This document shows, in pieces, positions 33,304 through 33,413 of a stretch of DNA of 33,413 nt. The translations under genes were made by a program, and so were the position numbers. Every line of letters begins with the position of its first letter. Position 1 is the stretch's first letter. Source of the DNA: Lama guanicoe (taxonomy: Eukaryota). The notes under the pieces were generated by a model. It did not search any database. It was not told where the DNA came from and was given only the letters and a program-made list of their open reading frames with translations. The DNA is taken from NCBI GenBank assembly GCA_013239625.1, contig MU053379.1, forward strand, positions 4,861,575-4,894,987, given 5' to 3'.

Positions 33304-33413
33304 GCCACGGTGGTCCCTGAGGCCCCTCTGAAGGCTTGGGCTCACCGCAGTCAGTGGGCAGGCCCCGGCACTTGCTCCCTGAGCCCCGATTCCCTCACTT
33401 CCTGGGGGCGCAT

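Overview
GC-rich, CpG-rich mammalian genomic DNA, probably camelid, judged from a lineage-type L1 3' UTR at about 4110-4442. Only one protein-coding segment is supportable: the last coding exon of SYNDIG1 (TMEM90B, CD225/dispanin family) on the + strand at 10168-10326, which the ORF track misses. Upstream (1-10167) is its last intron. Downstream lie about 0.9 kb of 3' UTR and about 22 kb of intergenic DNA. The non-coding DNA holds many old, degraded transposon relics (L1M, HAL1, L2, MIR, Charlie4a, MLT1), a 28-bp minisatellite spanning an assembly gap, a CpG island with no visible gene, and several AT-rich homeodomain-motif clusters. All long ORFs in the track look like GC-driven artefacts. 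I found no convincing new gene system. The most notable signals are: (i) very strong, sharply localised AT->GC erosion of transposon relics, a footprint of GC-biased gene conversion (gBGC); (ii) a non-canonical AACAAA where the SYNDIG1 poly(A) signal is expected; (iii) a nested 263-bp AT-rich palindrome; (iv) the orphan CpG island and candidate neural enhancers. Repeat family names come from remembered consensus sequences, not from a search, and repeat boundaries are approximate.
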